62,438 nucleotides of DNA, filler included, from 5 parts of 5 records of this genome joined end to end with filler, not necessarily neighbours in it, one strand, 5' to 3'; positions 30,127 through 40,510 are shown, numbered from the whole stretch's first letter. The notes: generated by a model from the letters alone, not told the origin. Numbers and translations are program-made.

Positions 30127-30931
30127 AAAAATGTTTGATGATAAAGGTATTGTTGAAGTAGTTTTCCAAAGTAAAAATAAAGATGAATTATCTTCTTTAG
30201 ATAGATTTGAAGTTCTAATTCCTGGAACAGCTCAAAAAGTACTTTTAAAAGATGTTGTTACTATAGTTAGAAAAAATGCTCAGTCTCAGATTTTTAAAGA
30301 AAACTCTAAAAGAATAGTTTCTGTAACAGCAAGTATTAATAAGGTTACTTCATCTGAAGTTTTCGAACAATTGAACCCAACTCTTGAAGAGCAAAAACAG
30401 TTTGTAAATATAGATATTAAAGGGGAACAAGAAGAGAATGAAAAGGTACAAAAGGAGATGGGACAAGCTGCTTTATTAGCTATTATTTTAATCTTCCTTG
30501 CTTTAATATGGATGTTTGATTCTTTAGTTAAACCTTTGATTATAATTTCAACTATTCCTTTATCTATTTTTGGTGTTTTATTAGGTCATATAGTTTTAGG
30601 TTTACATATAACTATGCCAAGTTTAATAGGAATGGTAGGACTTGCAGGTGTTATAGTTAATGATGGAATTATTATGATGGATTTTATTAAAAAAGCTAAA
30701 AATTTAGATGAGATGCAAGATTATGCACTTATGAGATTAAGACCAATTTTATTAACATCAATTACAACAATCTTAGGACTTGCAACTTTAATGTTCTTTG
30801 CTTCTGGACAAGCTTTAATTTTACAACCTATGGCAGTTGCTTTAGGATTTGGTATTTTATGGGCAACAGTTCTAAACTTATATTATGTACCGATGGTATA
30901 TAGACTTATTTATTTAAGAAAAGCAGAATAG
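30127..30931 (+). CDS. RND efflux permease (AcrB/CzcA family), C-terminal fragment
   Basis: PLIIISTIPLS, GLAGVIVNDGIIMMD, RLRPILLTSITTILGL, PMAVALGFG. Confidence 0.9.
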
Positions 30932-32359
30932 TTAAAACTTTTCTGCTTTTTTTATGATTGATTTAATCATATTATTAAAAACTAAATAGTGAATCGGAAT
31001 TAAACTATACCAATAGATTCTTCCAAATAATCCTTTTGGATAGAAATAAGCTGATTGAATAAGCTTATTATCTTCAATTTTAAACTCAAGCCAAGCAGTT
31101 CCTGGAACTTTCATTTGTGCATAAAGAAGTAGTCTTTCATTCTCTTTTATATCAACAACTTTCCAAAAGTCTAAACTCTCTCCGACACTAAGATTATATT
31201 GATTTTTTCTTCCTCTTTTTAAACCAACTCCACCAAGCATTTTATCAATTAAACCTCTTATTTCCCAAAGAAAATCAAAGGCAAACCAACCATCTTTTCC
31301 ACCAATACTAGTAAAACTTTTAAAGACTTGTTCTCTTGATAAGTCTTTTAATAGTAACTCTTTTCTATCTAAGAAAATTGCATCAGCAATCTCTTTATCG
31401 TGGTTTCTATCCCAGATTTTGCCAGAGTTGTCAGTATCTGACCAACGACTTATCACTTGATTGGTTTCTATCTCTTTAACAGCTCTTTTAACCGCTTCTA
31501 TGTATGAAATAGGGTGTATTTCAGGAAAGTATTTTTTTGCATTGTCATTTTGAATAACAACTTCTGATTTTAGACCTTCTATCAAAGCTTTAGCTACTTT
31601 AAACTGTACAGGAGTAAACAGGTTTAGCCAATATGATGAAACATTTATAGAAAGAAAAGGTAAAGGTATTAACACTCTTTTTAATCCCAAAGCTTTTGCA
31701 GTTTCTAACATCATTTCTTTATAAGTTAGCTGTTCACTTCCTATATCAACTATTAAGTTTTCTTTTTCTTCTAGATAAATAGATTGCTCTAAGTAGTTTA
31801 AGACATCATCTACTGCTATAGGTTGAGCTTTTGTATTTACCCACTTTGGAGTTGTCATTATTGGAAGTTTTTCAGTTAGATTTCTTATTATCTCAAAACT
31901 TGTACTTCCTGAACCTATAATAACTCCAGCTCTTATCCAAATAGTTTGGATATTTTTACTAGAACTTAAAACTTCACCTGTTTCTATTCTACTTAATAAA
32001 TGCTCACTTGTTTGTTCATTTTTAACACCTAAACCTCCAAGATAGATGATTCTTTTAACACCACACTCTACAGCTGCATCTAAAAAGTTTTGAGCTGATT
32101 GTTTATCTAGATTTTTATAATCACTTCTTGAAAGAGAGTGAACTAAATAAAAAGCTGTATCTACATCTTTTAAAGCTTCTTTTAGTTTTTCTTTATTAAA
32201 AGTATCACCTTCTACAACGTCTATATTTGAAGGAAGGCTTTGAGATAAGGTTTTTTTATTTCTAACATATAGTCTTAAATCTATATCTTGATTTTGTATG
32301 AGTCTTTGTTTTAATCTTCTACCGATATATCCAGTTGAACCTGTAAGTAATACTTTCAT
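30932..32359 (-). CDS. SDR/NAD(P)-binding oxidoreductase with C-terminal DUF2867 (YbjT-like)
   Basis: TGSTGYIG Rossmann motif, YLVHSL, SEHLLSR, RAGVIIGSGS.SFE, LWEIRGLID, LDFWKV, AQMKVPG.AWLEF. Confidence 0.88.
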   Translation of the reverse strand: MKVLLTGSTGYIGRRLKQRLIQNQDIDLRLYVRNKKTLSQSLPSNIDVVEGDTFNKEKLKEALKDVDTAFYLVHSLSRSDYKNLDKQSAQNFLDAAVECGVKRIIYLGGLGVKNEQTSEHLLSRIETGEVLSSSKNIQTIWIRAGVIIGSGSTSFEIIRNLTEKLPIMTTPKWVNTKAQPIAVDDVLNYLEQSIYLEEKENLIVDIGSEQLTYKEMMLETAKALGLKRVLIPLPFLSINVSSYWLNLFTPVQFKVAKALIEGLKSEVVIQNDNAKKYFPEIHPISYIEAVKRAVKEIETNQVISRWSDTDNSGKIWDRNHDKEIADAIFLDRKELLLKDLSREQVFKSFTSIGGKDGWFAFDFLWEIRGLIDKMLGGVGLKRGRKNQYNLSVGESLDFWKVVDIKENERLLLYAQMKVPGTAWLEFKIEDNKLIQSAYFYPKGLFGRIYWYSLIPIHYLVFNNMIKSIIKKAEKF

Positions 32360-32437
32360 GATATATCCTTTTTTATTTTATTATAACATTAGAAAATATC
32401 TTTTAGTATGAATTTTATTACATTTAATAGTGAATTT

Positions 32438-32467
32438 ATATATAGTCTCATAAAAGAGACTATATAT
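32438..32467 (-). terminator. Stem-loop after the TsoY-like gene
   Basis: ATATATAGTCTC-ATAAAA-GAGACTATATAT. Confidence 0.55.
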
Positions 32468-33631
32468 TTAGAAGTTAAATTTTCTTTTTAGTTTAAAGAA
32501 GTAGATAATAGTTTTATATTGAATAAATATAAATGGAATCATTAGTAAAAAGTATGCAATAGAGTATTTTTCTACTACATTATTAAAAGTTAGTCCAAAA
32601 TTGATAAAGAACATACCAAATACAAAAAATGCTACTCCTGGACAAATTAGAGCAAAGGATACTGAAGACCTAGTTTTTTCTTCATCAACATATGTTTCAA
32701 AGTATTTATTCATTTTCATAACTTTATAGCCTAAGATTCCAAAAATAATTTGGATAGAAAGAATAGTAGAAGTTAGAGTAAATAAAGAGGATTTACTCAT
32801 ATTTGAATCAAAGTTATGGTCAAGTCCAAAAGATACTCTAATCATCATAATTCCTAAAAGAGTTAAAATAGGTAAGATAATCCATAATGAAGGACTAGCT
32901 TCTATTGAAATACCTTGTTCAAACATATTTTTGAATCCCATTGTTATTTTAATGATAAGTAATAAAATAGCAAAAGAACCAAAGAATATAGCTCCAAATA
33001 TTCCTAATGCATTTATCACAATATTATGACTCATAGCACCAGGTGCCGCAAAACCAACTGAAACCATTGCCAATGCGAAGATTGAAATCATTTGAGAAAG
33101 ATTATTGTTTTTTGTAAAATCAAACTCTCCTTTTACTAATAGTCTTGAAAAGTAAGTAAATATTATCTTCAATGCAAAATATCCAGCTACTACAAAACCA
33201 AGTAGGGCAAAAGGAAACATAAACTCAACTACAGACCATAAGTTAGGTACAAAAACAGCTCCTAAAACAAAACAAACATTAATTGTCATTGCATAAGTTA
33301 AAGGAATAGTCATAAGTGTGATTTCTGCATTTGAGTTCACAAGTGTTTTATAGTTGTCTGTTTTTTTATACATATTAAACTGTTTTGTATTCCAAATAAG
33401 TAGTTTAAAGTGAAAAAAGGCAAATAGTATAATACCTAGTAACGCTATTGCAATAGTAATAGATAACCATGTTCCTTTTATAAGCTCAGGAAATATATGG
33501 TTAAACGTTGCCATTGGCGTGTCTTTGTGTGGAACTAAAAACATTAGATACATAAAAAATGATACAGATAGCCCACCAGAACCTAATGAAGCTAAAAAAC
33601 ACATAGGGTTGAATTTTTCTCTTAAAGTCAT
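32468..33631 (-). CDS. Polytopic membrane protein (about 10 TM), probable TsoY family, Cys-containing form
   Basis: N-terminal FLASLGSGGLSVSFFMYLMF and C-terminal SFALICPGVA recalled as TsoY-family motifs; not verified by search. Confidence 0.55.
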   Translation of the reverse strand: MTLREKFNPMCFLASLGSGGLSVSFFMYLMFLVPHKDTPMATFNHIFPELIKGTWLSITIAIALLGIILFAFFHFKLLIWNTKQFNMYKKTDNYKTLVNSNAEITLMTIPLTYAMTINVCFVLGAVFVPNLWSVVEFMFPFALLGFVVAGYFALKIIFTYFSRLLVKGEFDFTKNNNLSQMISIFALAMVSVGFAAPGAMSHNIVINALGIFGAIFFGSFAILLLIIKITMGFKNMFEQGISIEASPSLWIILPILTLLGIMMIRVSFGLDHNFDSNMSKSSLFTLTSTILSIQIIFGILGYKVMKMNKYFETYVDEEKTRSSVSFALICPGVAFFVFGMFFINFGLTFNNVVEKYSIAYFLLMIPFIFIQYKTIIYFFKLKRKFNF

Positions 33632-33755
33632 TTATATCCTTTAAATATAATTTTAAATTATGGAAATATACTTTAAAAACTATTAAAAATAGATTAGTAA
33701 TATTATAAGTTTAGATTATAAATATTAATTTGTAATTCAAATATTAAGGGCATAC

Positions 33756-34610
33756 TTGATAATATTTCATATGTATAAAATTTCTGTCAGTAAAGAACTA
33801 TTTAAAGATATCCAATTAAAAAAATTAAAGGTTTTAGAAAAAAGTACTTCTTCTTATTGGAAGAGAGAACTACTTGAGCCTAAAATTATAAATGACAAAA
33901 TAAAATATAGTATTAAACAAATTGATAAAATAAAAATAACTAATGGTTTAGGTGAAGAGAAACCTCAAATGATTATTGAGTGTGAGAAGATAGATTATTC
34001 CTTTAAAAAAGATTTGTTTGAGTTTTATTTAGGAAGAATTATTGAACAAAAAAACTCAGACCTTGATGAAAACTATAAAGATACCTTAATACAAGAGTTA
34101 TTAAGGGAAAGAGCTTTATTAGAAGATAATATGAATAGAGACCATTTAACAGGCGTTTATAATAGACGTAAAATGGAAAATGATTTGTCTATGTTTATAA
34201 ATCAAAACAATAAGGATTTATTAACTGCTATTTTTATAGATGCAGATAGATTCAAAAGTATAAATGATAATTTTGGTCACGATACAGGAGATAAAGCATT
34301 AACTTATCTTGCCAAAAAAATAGAAAAGTATGCAGGCTTTTTAAATGGTGAAGTGTATAGATATGGTGGAGAAGAGTTTTTGATTTTATGTTTTCTTCCA
34401 AGATATGAAATAGAACCTAAACTAAATGAAATGAAAGAAGAGATAAAAGCTCACAAAATATATCACCCAAAACAAGATGTAACTTTAACTGTTAGTATTG
34501 GAGTATCCTTTTTTAGTGATTGTAAAACAAAAGATGAAATGCTAAAAAGGGCAGACAGTGCAGTTTATCGAGCTAAAGAGCAGGGTAGAGATACTATTAT
34601 TTATAATTAA
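33756..34610 (+). CDS. Diguanylate cyclase (GGDEF) with N-terminal ASCH/PUA-like domain
   Basis: DHLTGVYNRR, DADRFKSINDNFGHDTGD, YRYGGEEF, TVSIGVS, ADSAVYRAKEQGR; start TTG 33756 or ATG 33771. Confidence 0.9.
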   Translation: MIIFHMYKISVSKELFKDIQLKKLKVLEKSTSSYWKRELLEPKIINDKIKYSIKQIDKIKITNGLGEEKPQMIIECEKIDYSFKKDLFEFYLGRIIEQKNSDLDENYKDTLIQELLRERALLEDNMNRDHLTGVYNRRKMENDLSMFINQNNKDLLTAIFIDADRFKSINDNFGHDTGDKALTYLAKKIEKYAGFLNGEVYRYGGEEFLILCFLPRYEIEPKLNEMKEEIKAHKIYHPKQDVTLTVSIGVSFFSDCKTKDEMLKRADSAVYRAKEQGRDTIIYN

Positions 34611-34627
34611 TTAGATAAAACTCTTAC

Positions 34628-34656
34628 TTGACATAAAAAAAATAGTGGAGTATGAT
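34628..34656 (+). promoter_or_regulatory. Sigma70-type promoter of nfeD-SPFH
   Basis: TTGACA-17 nt-TATGAT, then AAGGAG RBS and ATG 34678. Confidence 0.7.
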
Positions 34657-34677
34657 TATAAAATAAAGGAGTTTGTC

Positions 34678-35952
34678 ATGAAGCTGCTTGTTTTATTTTT
34701 TACTTTAACTTTTACTCTTTTTGCTTCAAATATTACTCATTTTGTTTATGAGGGAGCTATAAATCCTGCAAGTAGTGCTTTTGTTAAAAAGTCTATTAAC
34801 GAAGCAAATAAACAAAATTCTCAACTTATAATTTTCGAACTTAACACACCTGGTGGTTTAGTGTCTTCAACTAGAGATATTGTTTCTCAGATTCTTAACT
34901 CAAATATACCAGTTGTTGTTTATGTATCTCCAAAAGGTTCTAGGGCTGCAAGTGCAGGAACTTTTATCTTATATGCTTCACATATTGCAGTTATGTCCGA
35001 AGGAACAAATGTAGGAGCAGCAACACCTGTACAACTAGCATTTACAGAAGAAAAAAACAGTAAACTATCTACTATGCAAACAAAAGCTATAAATGATGCA
35101 AGTGCATATATCGAAAGTTTAGCAAAACTTAGAAATAGAAATATACAATGGGCAAAAGAGAGCGTAACAAAAGGTGCAAGTATAGATTCCCAAAAAGCAC
35201 TAGAGCTTGGTGTTATTGATTTTATAGCAAATGACATGACTTCTCTTTTAAAAAAGCTCAATGGGTTAAAAGTTCAAATAGATAAAAAAACAGTTAAATT
35301 AGATACCACAAACTCAAAAGTAAATACTATAGAAGAGGGCTTTAAAATAAAGCTTTTATCTTATCTTTCTAATCCTAGTATTGCTTATGGTTTAATGCTT
35401 TTAGCTATTTATGGAATCTTTTTTGAGTTGATGAATCCTGGTTCTATTTTCCCTGGTGTAACAGGCTTAATAAGTGGTGCTTTAGCACTATATTCTCTTA
35501 ATATCTTACCTTTTGAGATAGCTGGCTTACTTCTTATTTTAATAGGACTTGCTCTTATGATTGCAGAAGTATTTATAGTAGGTTTTGGAATATTGGGTAT
35601 TGGTGGAGTTATTGCCTTTGTATTTGGTTCTTTAATACTATTTGATGAAAAGACATTAGGTGTTGATATCTCTTTAGCTTTAATAATTGCTTTTGCTTTA
35701 GTAAGTACAGCTGTTTTTATATACTTACTTAGAATAATAATTCAAGAGAGAAAACAAAAAGTAAAAACTGGTATTGATGAAATGATAGGAGCTGTAGCAA
35801 AGGTTATCAAAAAGAAAGATGATATTTATAAAGTTGAAATTCATTCAGAAGTATGGAATGCAAAAAGTAATGAAGAGCTTGAAAAAGGTAAAGAAGTTAT
35901 TGTAGAAAGTATTGATGGTTTAATACTTCAAGTAAAACCTAAAAAGGAGTAA
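34678..35952 (+). CDS. nfeD: NfeD long form (ClpP-class membrane protease + TM + OB domain)
   Basis: LNTPGGL, RAASAGTFI, TNVGAATPV, RNRNIQWA, C-terminal SEVWNA; RBS supports ATG 34678. Confidence 0.92.
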   Translation: MKLLVLFFTLTFTLFASNITHFVYEGAINPASSAFVKKSINEANKQNSQLIIFELNTPGGLVSSTRDIVSQILNSNIPVVVYVSPKGSRAASAGTFILYASHIAVMSEGTNVGAATPVQLAFTEEKNSKLSTMQTKAINDASAYIESLAKLRNRNIQWAKESVTKGASIDSQKALELGVIDFIANDMTSLLKKLNGLKVQIDKKTVKLDTTNSKVNTIEEGFKIKLLSYLSNPSIAYGLMLLAIYGIFFELMNPGSIFPGVTGLISGALALYSLNILPFEIAGLLLILIGLALMIAEVFIVGFGILGIGGVIAFVFGSLILFDEKTLGVDISLALIIAFALVSTAVFIYLLRIIIQERKQKVKTGIDEMIGAVAKVIKKKDDIYKVEIHSEVWNAKSNEELEKGKEVIVESIDGLILQVKPKKE

Positions 35953-35955
35953 GTT

Positions 35956-36699
35956 ATGTTTATGACCGTTATATATACTGTTTTTATTGTTATAGCAATA
36001 ATTGCAGCTTCAATTAGAATTTTAAAAGAGTATGAAAGAGGTGTAATCTTTACATTAGGAAGATTTACAGGAGTTAAAGGACCTGGTTTGATTTTGGTGA
36101 TTCCTTTTATTCAAAAGATGGTAAAAACAGATTTAAGAACTATTGTACATGATGTTCCATCTCAAGATGTAATCTCTCAAGATAATGTTTCTGTAAAGGT
36201 TAATGCTGTTGTTTATTATAGAGTAGTTGACCCTGAAAAGGCAATTATTCAAGTTGAAAGTTTTAATGATGCAACTTCTCAACTTGCACAAACTACTTTA
36301 AGATCAGTTCTTGGAGGACACGACCTTGATGAAATGTTAGCAGAAAGAGAAAAGTTAAATGAAGATATTCAAGAGATACTTGATAAACAAACAGATGCTT
36401 GGGGAATAAAAATCTCAAATGTAGAGATAAAACATATTGATTTAGATGAAAGCATGATACGAGCTATTGCAAAACAAGCAGAAGCTGAACGGCAAAGAAG
36501 AGCTAAGGTCATCAACTCAAAAGGTGAGCTTGAAGCCAGTCAAAACCTTTTAGAAGCAGCTAATGTGTTAGCAAATAACCCACAAGCACTACAATTAAGA
36601 TATCTTCAAACATTAAGTGATATTTCAAGTGATAAAACAAATACTATTGTATTTCCCTTTGGAAGTGATTTAGGTAAATTTTTTACTCAGAAAAGTTAG
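35956..36699 (+). CDS. SPFH/stomatin (slipin) family protein
   Basis: [63 protein letters not shown]; classic partner of nfeD. Confidence 0.93.
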   Translation: MFMTVIYTVFIVIAIIAASIRILKEYERGVIFTLGRFTGVKGPGLILVIPFIQKMVKTDLRTIVHDVPSQDVISQDNVSVKVNAVVYYRVVDPEKAIIQVESFNDATSQLAQTTLRSVLGGHDLDEMLAEREKLNEDIQEILDKQTDAWGIKISNVEIKHIDLDESMIRAIAKQAEAERQRRAKVINSKGELEASQNLLEAANVLANNPQALQLRYLQTLSDISSDKTNTIVFPFGSDLGKFFTQKS

Positions 36700-36727
36700 T
36701 GGTATAAAAAATAGGGGAGTTAGGTGT

Positions 36728-36754
36728 AAACTAGAGTTTAGAAACTCTAGTTTT
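36728..36754. terminator. Bidirectional terminator
   Basis: AAACTAGAGTTT-AG-AAACTCTAGTTTT between convergent genes. Confidence 0.7.
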
Positions 36755-36758
36755 AAGA

Positions 36759-36843
36759 TTACTTAGCGATTTGGTTAGCGATTGCTTCGATATCAGCATC
36801 AGAAAGACCAGCAACTTGACCTTTCATTAAACCTTTCATAGGT
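36759..36843 (-). CDS. C-terminal end of a small c-type cytochrome (c553-like), truncated
   Basis: Translated by hand: PMKGLMKGQVAGLSDADIEAIANQIAK*, containing the axial Met region; not in the ORF track. Confidence 0.75.
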
Positions 36844-36943
36844 NNNNNNNNNNNNNNNNNNNNNNNNNNNNNNNNNNNNNNNNNNNNTTAATTAATTAAN
36901 NNNNNNNNNNNNNNNNNNNNNNNNNNNNNNNNNNNNNNNNNNN
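36844..36943. other. Artificial contig-joining spacer
   Basis: N run with TTAATTAATTAA. Confidence 0.98.
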
Positions 36944-37204
36944 TTCATATTTCTATCTTCTGGTATTTTTCTCTTGCTTATATTATATTATTATGGGTGC
37001 TTTTGAGTCACTGCCTAAAACGATGATTCCTGAAATAGTAAAAAATAGCAAAGATATAATCAAAAATAGTTTAATAACCTATTTTAGTATATTATTATAG
37101 CGTATTTATATTAATAGGAATATATTATAATTAGTAGCATAATTAACCTATAGTATTCCCTCCAAAGTATAAACGAAAGATAAAATATAAGTGGTTTATG
37201 TTGT

Positions 37205-38266
37205 TTATTTGTATGGATATGCATATTTCATATTCTCATTGAATAATTCTATAAATTCATCTTCTTTCTCCAGGAAGCAGCCATGACCTGTATCATTTAT
37301 GACCAGCTCCTTATATTCACCGCCATTATCCTTATATTTATCCAGAACATAGCGAGTCTGTGATACCATTGGCTGAACAGGCATTTTGTTTTTGCCTGGA
37401 TATCCTGGTATTGCACCGATTTTACCAAGGAAAGGTAAATCATAATGCGAGGTATCAGATACAATAACATCGGAATCGCCTCTGAACCACAGTACATTAG
37501 GTTTATTCTTGATATCGGCTAACGCATCCAGTCTACAGTATTGAGGAGCAAGGGTATTATTAAATCCCTTAGTGCCAGGGAGTACATATGGGAACTCTGC
37601 AATCTGTACAAAATCACCAGCGTAGTAATCAGGTCCAATCTGCATATTAAATATTTCATCTAATAGGAATTCCTCGAACTCACTGTCTACAGTAAAGCCA
37701 GGCTTGAAGTAGTGATTATTCATAACAAAACGCATACTGCTCTGACCATCGCCTTTATCTTTAGTCTTTAAGGAATTCATAAAATCAGGATTTACAAAGC
37801 CGCCTCCTGAGCATGTTCCTTTGTCATCAAAAATTTTGCCGTCTACATCATATGTGCCGCCAAAGCCAAATGGAGATACAGGATTAATGAGTATTAAATT
37901 CTCCAGCTTTTGGCTGTACTCTATAGCGTAGCGCATCACGACACCGCCGCCTAATGACCAGCCAGCTAGTGAGAATTTGGTAAATCCTAGTGTGTCTGCC
38001 AGTGAGTCAATATCATTTGCCCAGTCCAGAAGTCCGGTTTCTCCGTTAACAGGAGAAGGCTCGGTATTGCCATAACCATTTAGGTCTGCTGCTACTACAT
38101 CATATTCATTGGACAGTCGTTGCATAAGCGGAAGATAGAATGCTGAGCTGGAAACATTGCCGTGCACTAAAATCAGCTTCTTATCATTGCCTTCACCTGC
38201 ACGGAAATAAGCTGTTTTTCTTTGTTTTGTCTCAATAAACTGTTTTTCATTGATATAATTTCTCAT
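37205..38266 (-). CDS. Alpha/beta hydrolase, resembling intracellular PHB-depolymerase/oligomer-hydrolase-type esterases
   Basis: VHGNVSS oxyanion region, GWSLGG nucleophile elbow, GDSD acid, TGH His. Confidence 0.8.
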   Translation of the reverse strand: MRNYINEKQFIETKQRKTAYFRAGEGNDKKLILVHGNVSSSAFYLPLMQRLSNEYDVVAADLNGYGNTEPSPVNGETGLLDWANDIDSLADTLGFTKFSLAGWSLGGGVVMRYAIEYSQKLENLILINPVSPFGFGGTYDVDGKIFDDKGTCSGGGFVNPDFMNSLKTKDKGDGQSSMRFVMNNHYFKPGFTVDSEFEEFLLDEIFNMQIGPDYYAGDFVQIAEFPYVLPGTKGFNNTLAPQYCRLDALADIKNKPNVLWFRGDSDVIVSDTSHYDLPFLGKIGAIPGYPGKNKMPVQPMVSQTRYVLDKYKDNGGEYKELVINDTGHGCFLEKEDEFIELFNENMKYAYPYK

Positions 38267-38330
38267 GATGTAAACTCCTTAAGTTTTTTATGTTTACTAA
38301 GCTCTAGTATATAAAAAATTATCTATAACA

Positions 38331-38501
38331 TGAAACATGAATCATGTATTGTAAATAACTATAACATACAAAAAATATCTCGTCAAGTTAGTAAAATTGT
38401 ATAAAAAATGCGGGAATTCACTTGACAAATAAAAAAATATATGTAAATATAAATTAGTGAAACATGATTCACTATTCATGTGAATTATGAATCACAATTC
38501 A
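38331..38501. promoter_or_regulatory. Divergent promoter region with three palindromic operators TGAA-N3-TGAWTCA-N3-TTCA
   Basis: 38331-38351 TGAAACATGAATCATGTATTG; 38458-38478 TGAAACATGATTCACTATTCA; 38481-38501 TGAATTATGAATCACAATTCA; TTGACA at 38422-38427. Confidence 0.7.
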
Positions 38502-38564
38502 GTTAAAAATTTCACAATCACTTAATGAAATATTTGGGTAATTCCCATATATCGGAGGTAGAAT

Positions 38565-39764
38565 ATGCGAACTTTCATTGTTGGAGCAAAAAGGACAGCA
38601 ACAGGCTCATTCCTAGGGACATTAAAGAGCACGCACCCTGCAGTAATGGGCAGCGAAGTAGTAAAGGCGCTGATGGCAGAAACCAATATTAAACCACAAG
38701 ATGTAGATGAATTAATCTGCGGTAATATTTTGAGTGCGGACTTGGGTCAGGGCATAGCAAGGCAGATAGCAGTAAATGCCGGAATCCCTCAGGAAATCTG
38801 TGCTTATAGTATTAACATGCTGTGCGGCAGTGGTCTGAAGGCTGTGCTAAATGCAGTGCAGAGTATAAAGTGCGGTTATGCAGATATCGTCATTGCAGGT
38901 GGTGCAGAAAATATGAGCTATTCACCTATGCTTATGCCAGGTAAGGTCAGAAGCGGCGCAAAGATGGGCGAGATTGCAATGAATGACCATATGGTAAAGG
39001 ATGCATTAACAGATGCTTTCTCTAATGTGCATATGGGTGTGACTGCAGAGAATATTGCAGAGAAATATGGCATTAGTCGCGCGGAGCAGGATGAGTTTGC
39101 ATTGAGTTCACAGAAGAAAGCTATATCAGCTGTTGATGCAGGTAGATTTATAGATGAAATTGTTCCATTGACTGTCAGAGTGGGAAAAAATATAGTGGAG
39201 TTCAAAGATGATGAGTATCCAAACAGAACAACTAATTTAGAGAAACTAGCGAAACTACGTACAGTGTTTAAAACAGATGGCACTGTGACAGCAGGCAATG
39301 CATCCGGAATAAACGACGGAGCTTCATTTGTTGCAGTAGTTAGCGAAGATGCACTGAAAAAATACAATCTAGAGCCAATGGGCGAAATCGTTGGCATAGG
39401 ACAGGGCGGAGTTGACCCACAGATTATGGGAATGGGGCCGGTACCAGCTATTAAATCTGTATTAAAAGATGCTGATATGAAGTTAGGCGACATGGAATTG
39501 GTTGAACTAAATGAAGCATTTGCGGCACAAAGCCTTGGAGTTGTCACTCAGTTGGTGGAAGACCATGGTGTAGACAGAGCGGAATTATTAGCAAAAACCA
39601 ATGTAAACGGCGGAGCTATTTCATTGGGTCATCCGGTTGGAGCCAGCGGTAATAGGATATTGGTTACGCTGCTGCATGAAATGAAAAAACGTGATAATAA
39701 ATTAGGACTTGCATCACTATGTATCGGTGGAGGCATGGGTGTAGCAGTAATTATTAAGAGATAA
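38565..39764 (+). CDS. Acetyl-CoA C-acetyltransferase (thiolase)
   Basis: NMLCGSGL, NEAFAAQ, GGAISLGHPVGASG, SLCIGGGMG. Confidence 0.95.
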   Translation: MRTFIVGAKRTATGSFLGTLKSTHPAVMGSEVVKALMAETNIKPQDVDELICGNILSADLGQGIARQIAVNAGIPQEICAYSINMLCGSGLKAVLNAVQSIKCGYADIVIAGGAENMSYSPMLMPGKVRSGAKMGEIAMNDHMVKDALTDAFSNVHMGVTAENIAEKYGISRAEQDEFALSSQKKAISAVDAGRFIDEIVPLTVRVGKNIVEFKDDEYPNRTTNLEKLAKLRTVFKTDGTVTAGNASGINDGASFVAVVSEDALKKYNLEPMGEIVGIGQGGVDPQIMGMGPVPAIKSVLKDADMKLGDMELVELNEAFAAQSLGVVTQLVEDHGVDRAELLAKTNVNGGAISLGHPVGASGNRILVTLLHEMKKRDNKLGLASLCIGGGMGVAVIIKR

Positions 39765-39778
39765 AAAGGAGAAATATA

Positions 39779-40498
39779 ATGAGACTTGAAGGAAAAACAG
39801 CAATTATTACCGGTGGTGCAAAAGGCATTGGTGAAGAAATGGCAAAGTTATTTGCGGCAGAAGGAGCAAAGGTTATAGCAGCTGACATGGCAGAGATGAC
39901 ATACGAAGCAGAGAATGTAGAGTATTTTAAGGCAAATGTAACTGACAGAGAAAGCTGTAAGGCACTATTTGACTTTGCAGTAGATAAATACGGCAAAGTA
40001 GATATTCTGGTAAACAATGCAGGTATTACAAGAGATGCATTGACTCGCAAGATGACTAATGAAATGTGGGATCTAGTAATAGATGTAAACTTAACAGGTA
40101 TATTCAATTTGACAAGACATGTCGGACCACATATGCAGGCAAACTGCGGCGGCAGTATTATCAATATATCAAGTGTAGTAGGTGTATACGGCAATATCGG
40201 TCAGGCAAACTATTCAGCTACAAAATCAGGCATAATGGGACTTACCAAAACATGGGCAAAGGAATTTGCTATGAAGGGTGGCAATGTACGTGTTAATGCA
40301 ATTGCACCGGGATATATAATGACAGATATACTAAAGACTGTTCCGCAGGAATTATTGGATAAATTCTCTGCAACAACCATGCTGGGCAGACTGGGTGAAC
40401 CGGAAGAAATCGCAAAAGTTGGACTATTTCTAGCAAGTGACGATGCCAGCTATGTAACGGGATGTATCTTGCAGGCAGACGGCGGTATGCGACTATAA
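39779..40498 (+). CDS. 3-oxoacyl-(ACP/CoA) reductase, FabG/PhaB-like SDR
   Basis: TGGAKGIG, NNAGITRD, SS, YSATK, NAIAPG. Confidence 0.92.
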   Translation: MRLEGKTAIITGGAKGIGEEMAKLFAAEGAKVIAADMAEMTYEAENVEYFKANVTDRESCKALFDFAVDKYGKVDILVNNAGITRDALTRKMTNEMWDLVIDVNLTGIFNLTRHVGPHMQANCGGSIINISSVVGVYGNIGQANYSATKSGIMGLTKTWAKEFAMKGGNVRVNAIAPGYIMTDILKTVPQELLDKFSATTMLGRLGEPEEIAKVGLFLASDDASYVTGCILQADGGMRL

Positions 40499-40510
40499 AA
40501 GGATATTACT

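Noticed and set aside
34678-36699. nfeD-stomatin pair as a novel system
   Set aside because: Well-known, widely conserved operon
38918-39547. 209-aa minus-strand ORF inside the thiolase, and similar antisense ORFs across the operon
   Set aside because: Fully overlap well-supported genes; Ser/Pro/Ile-rich antisense composition
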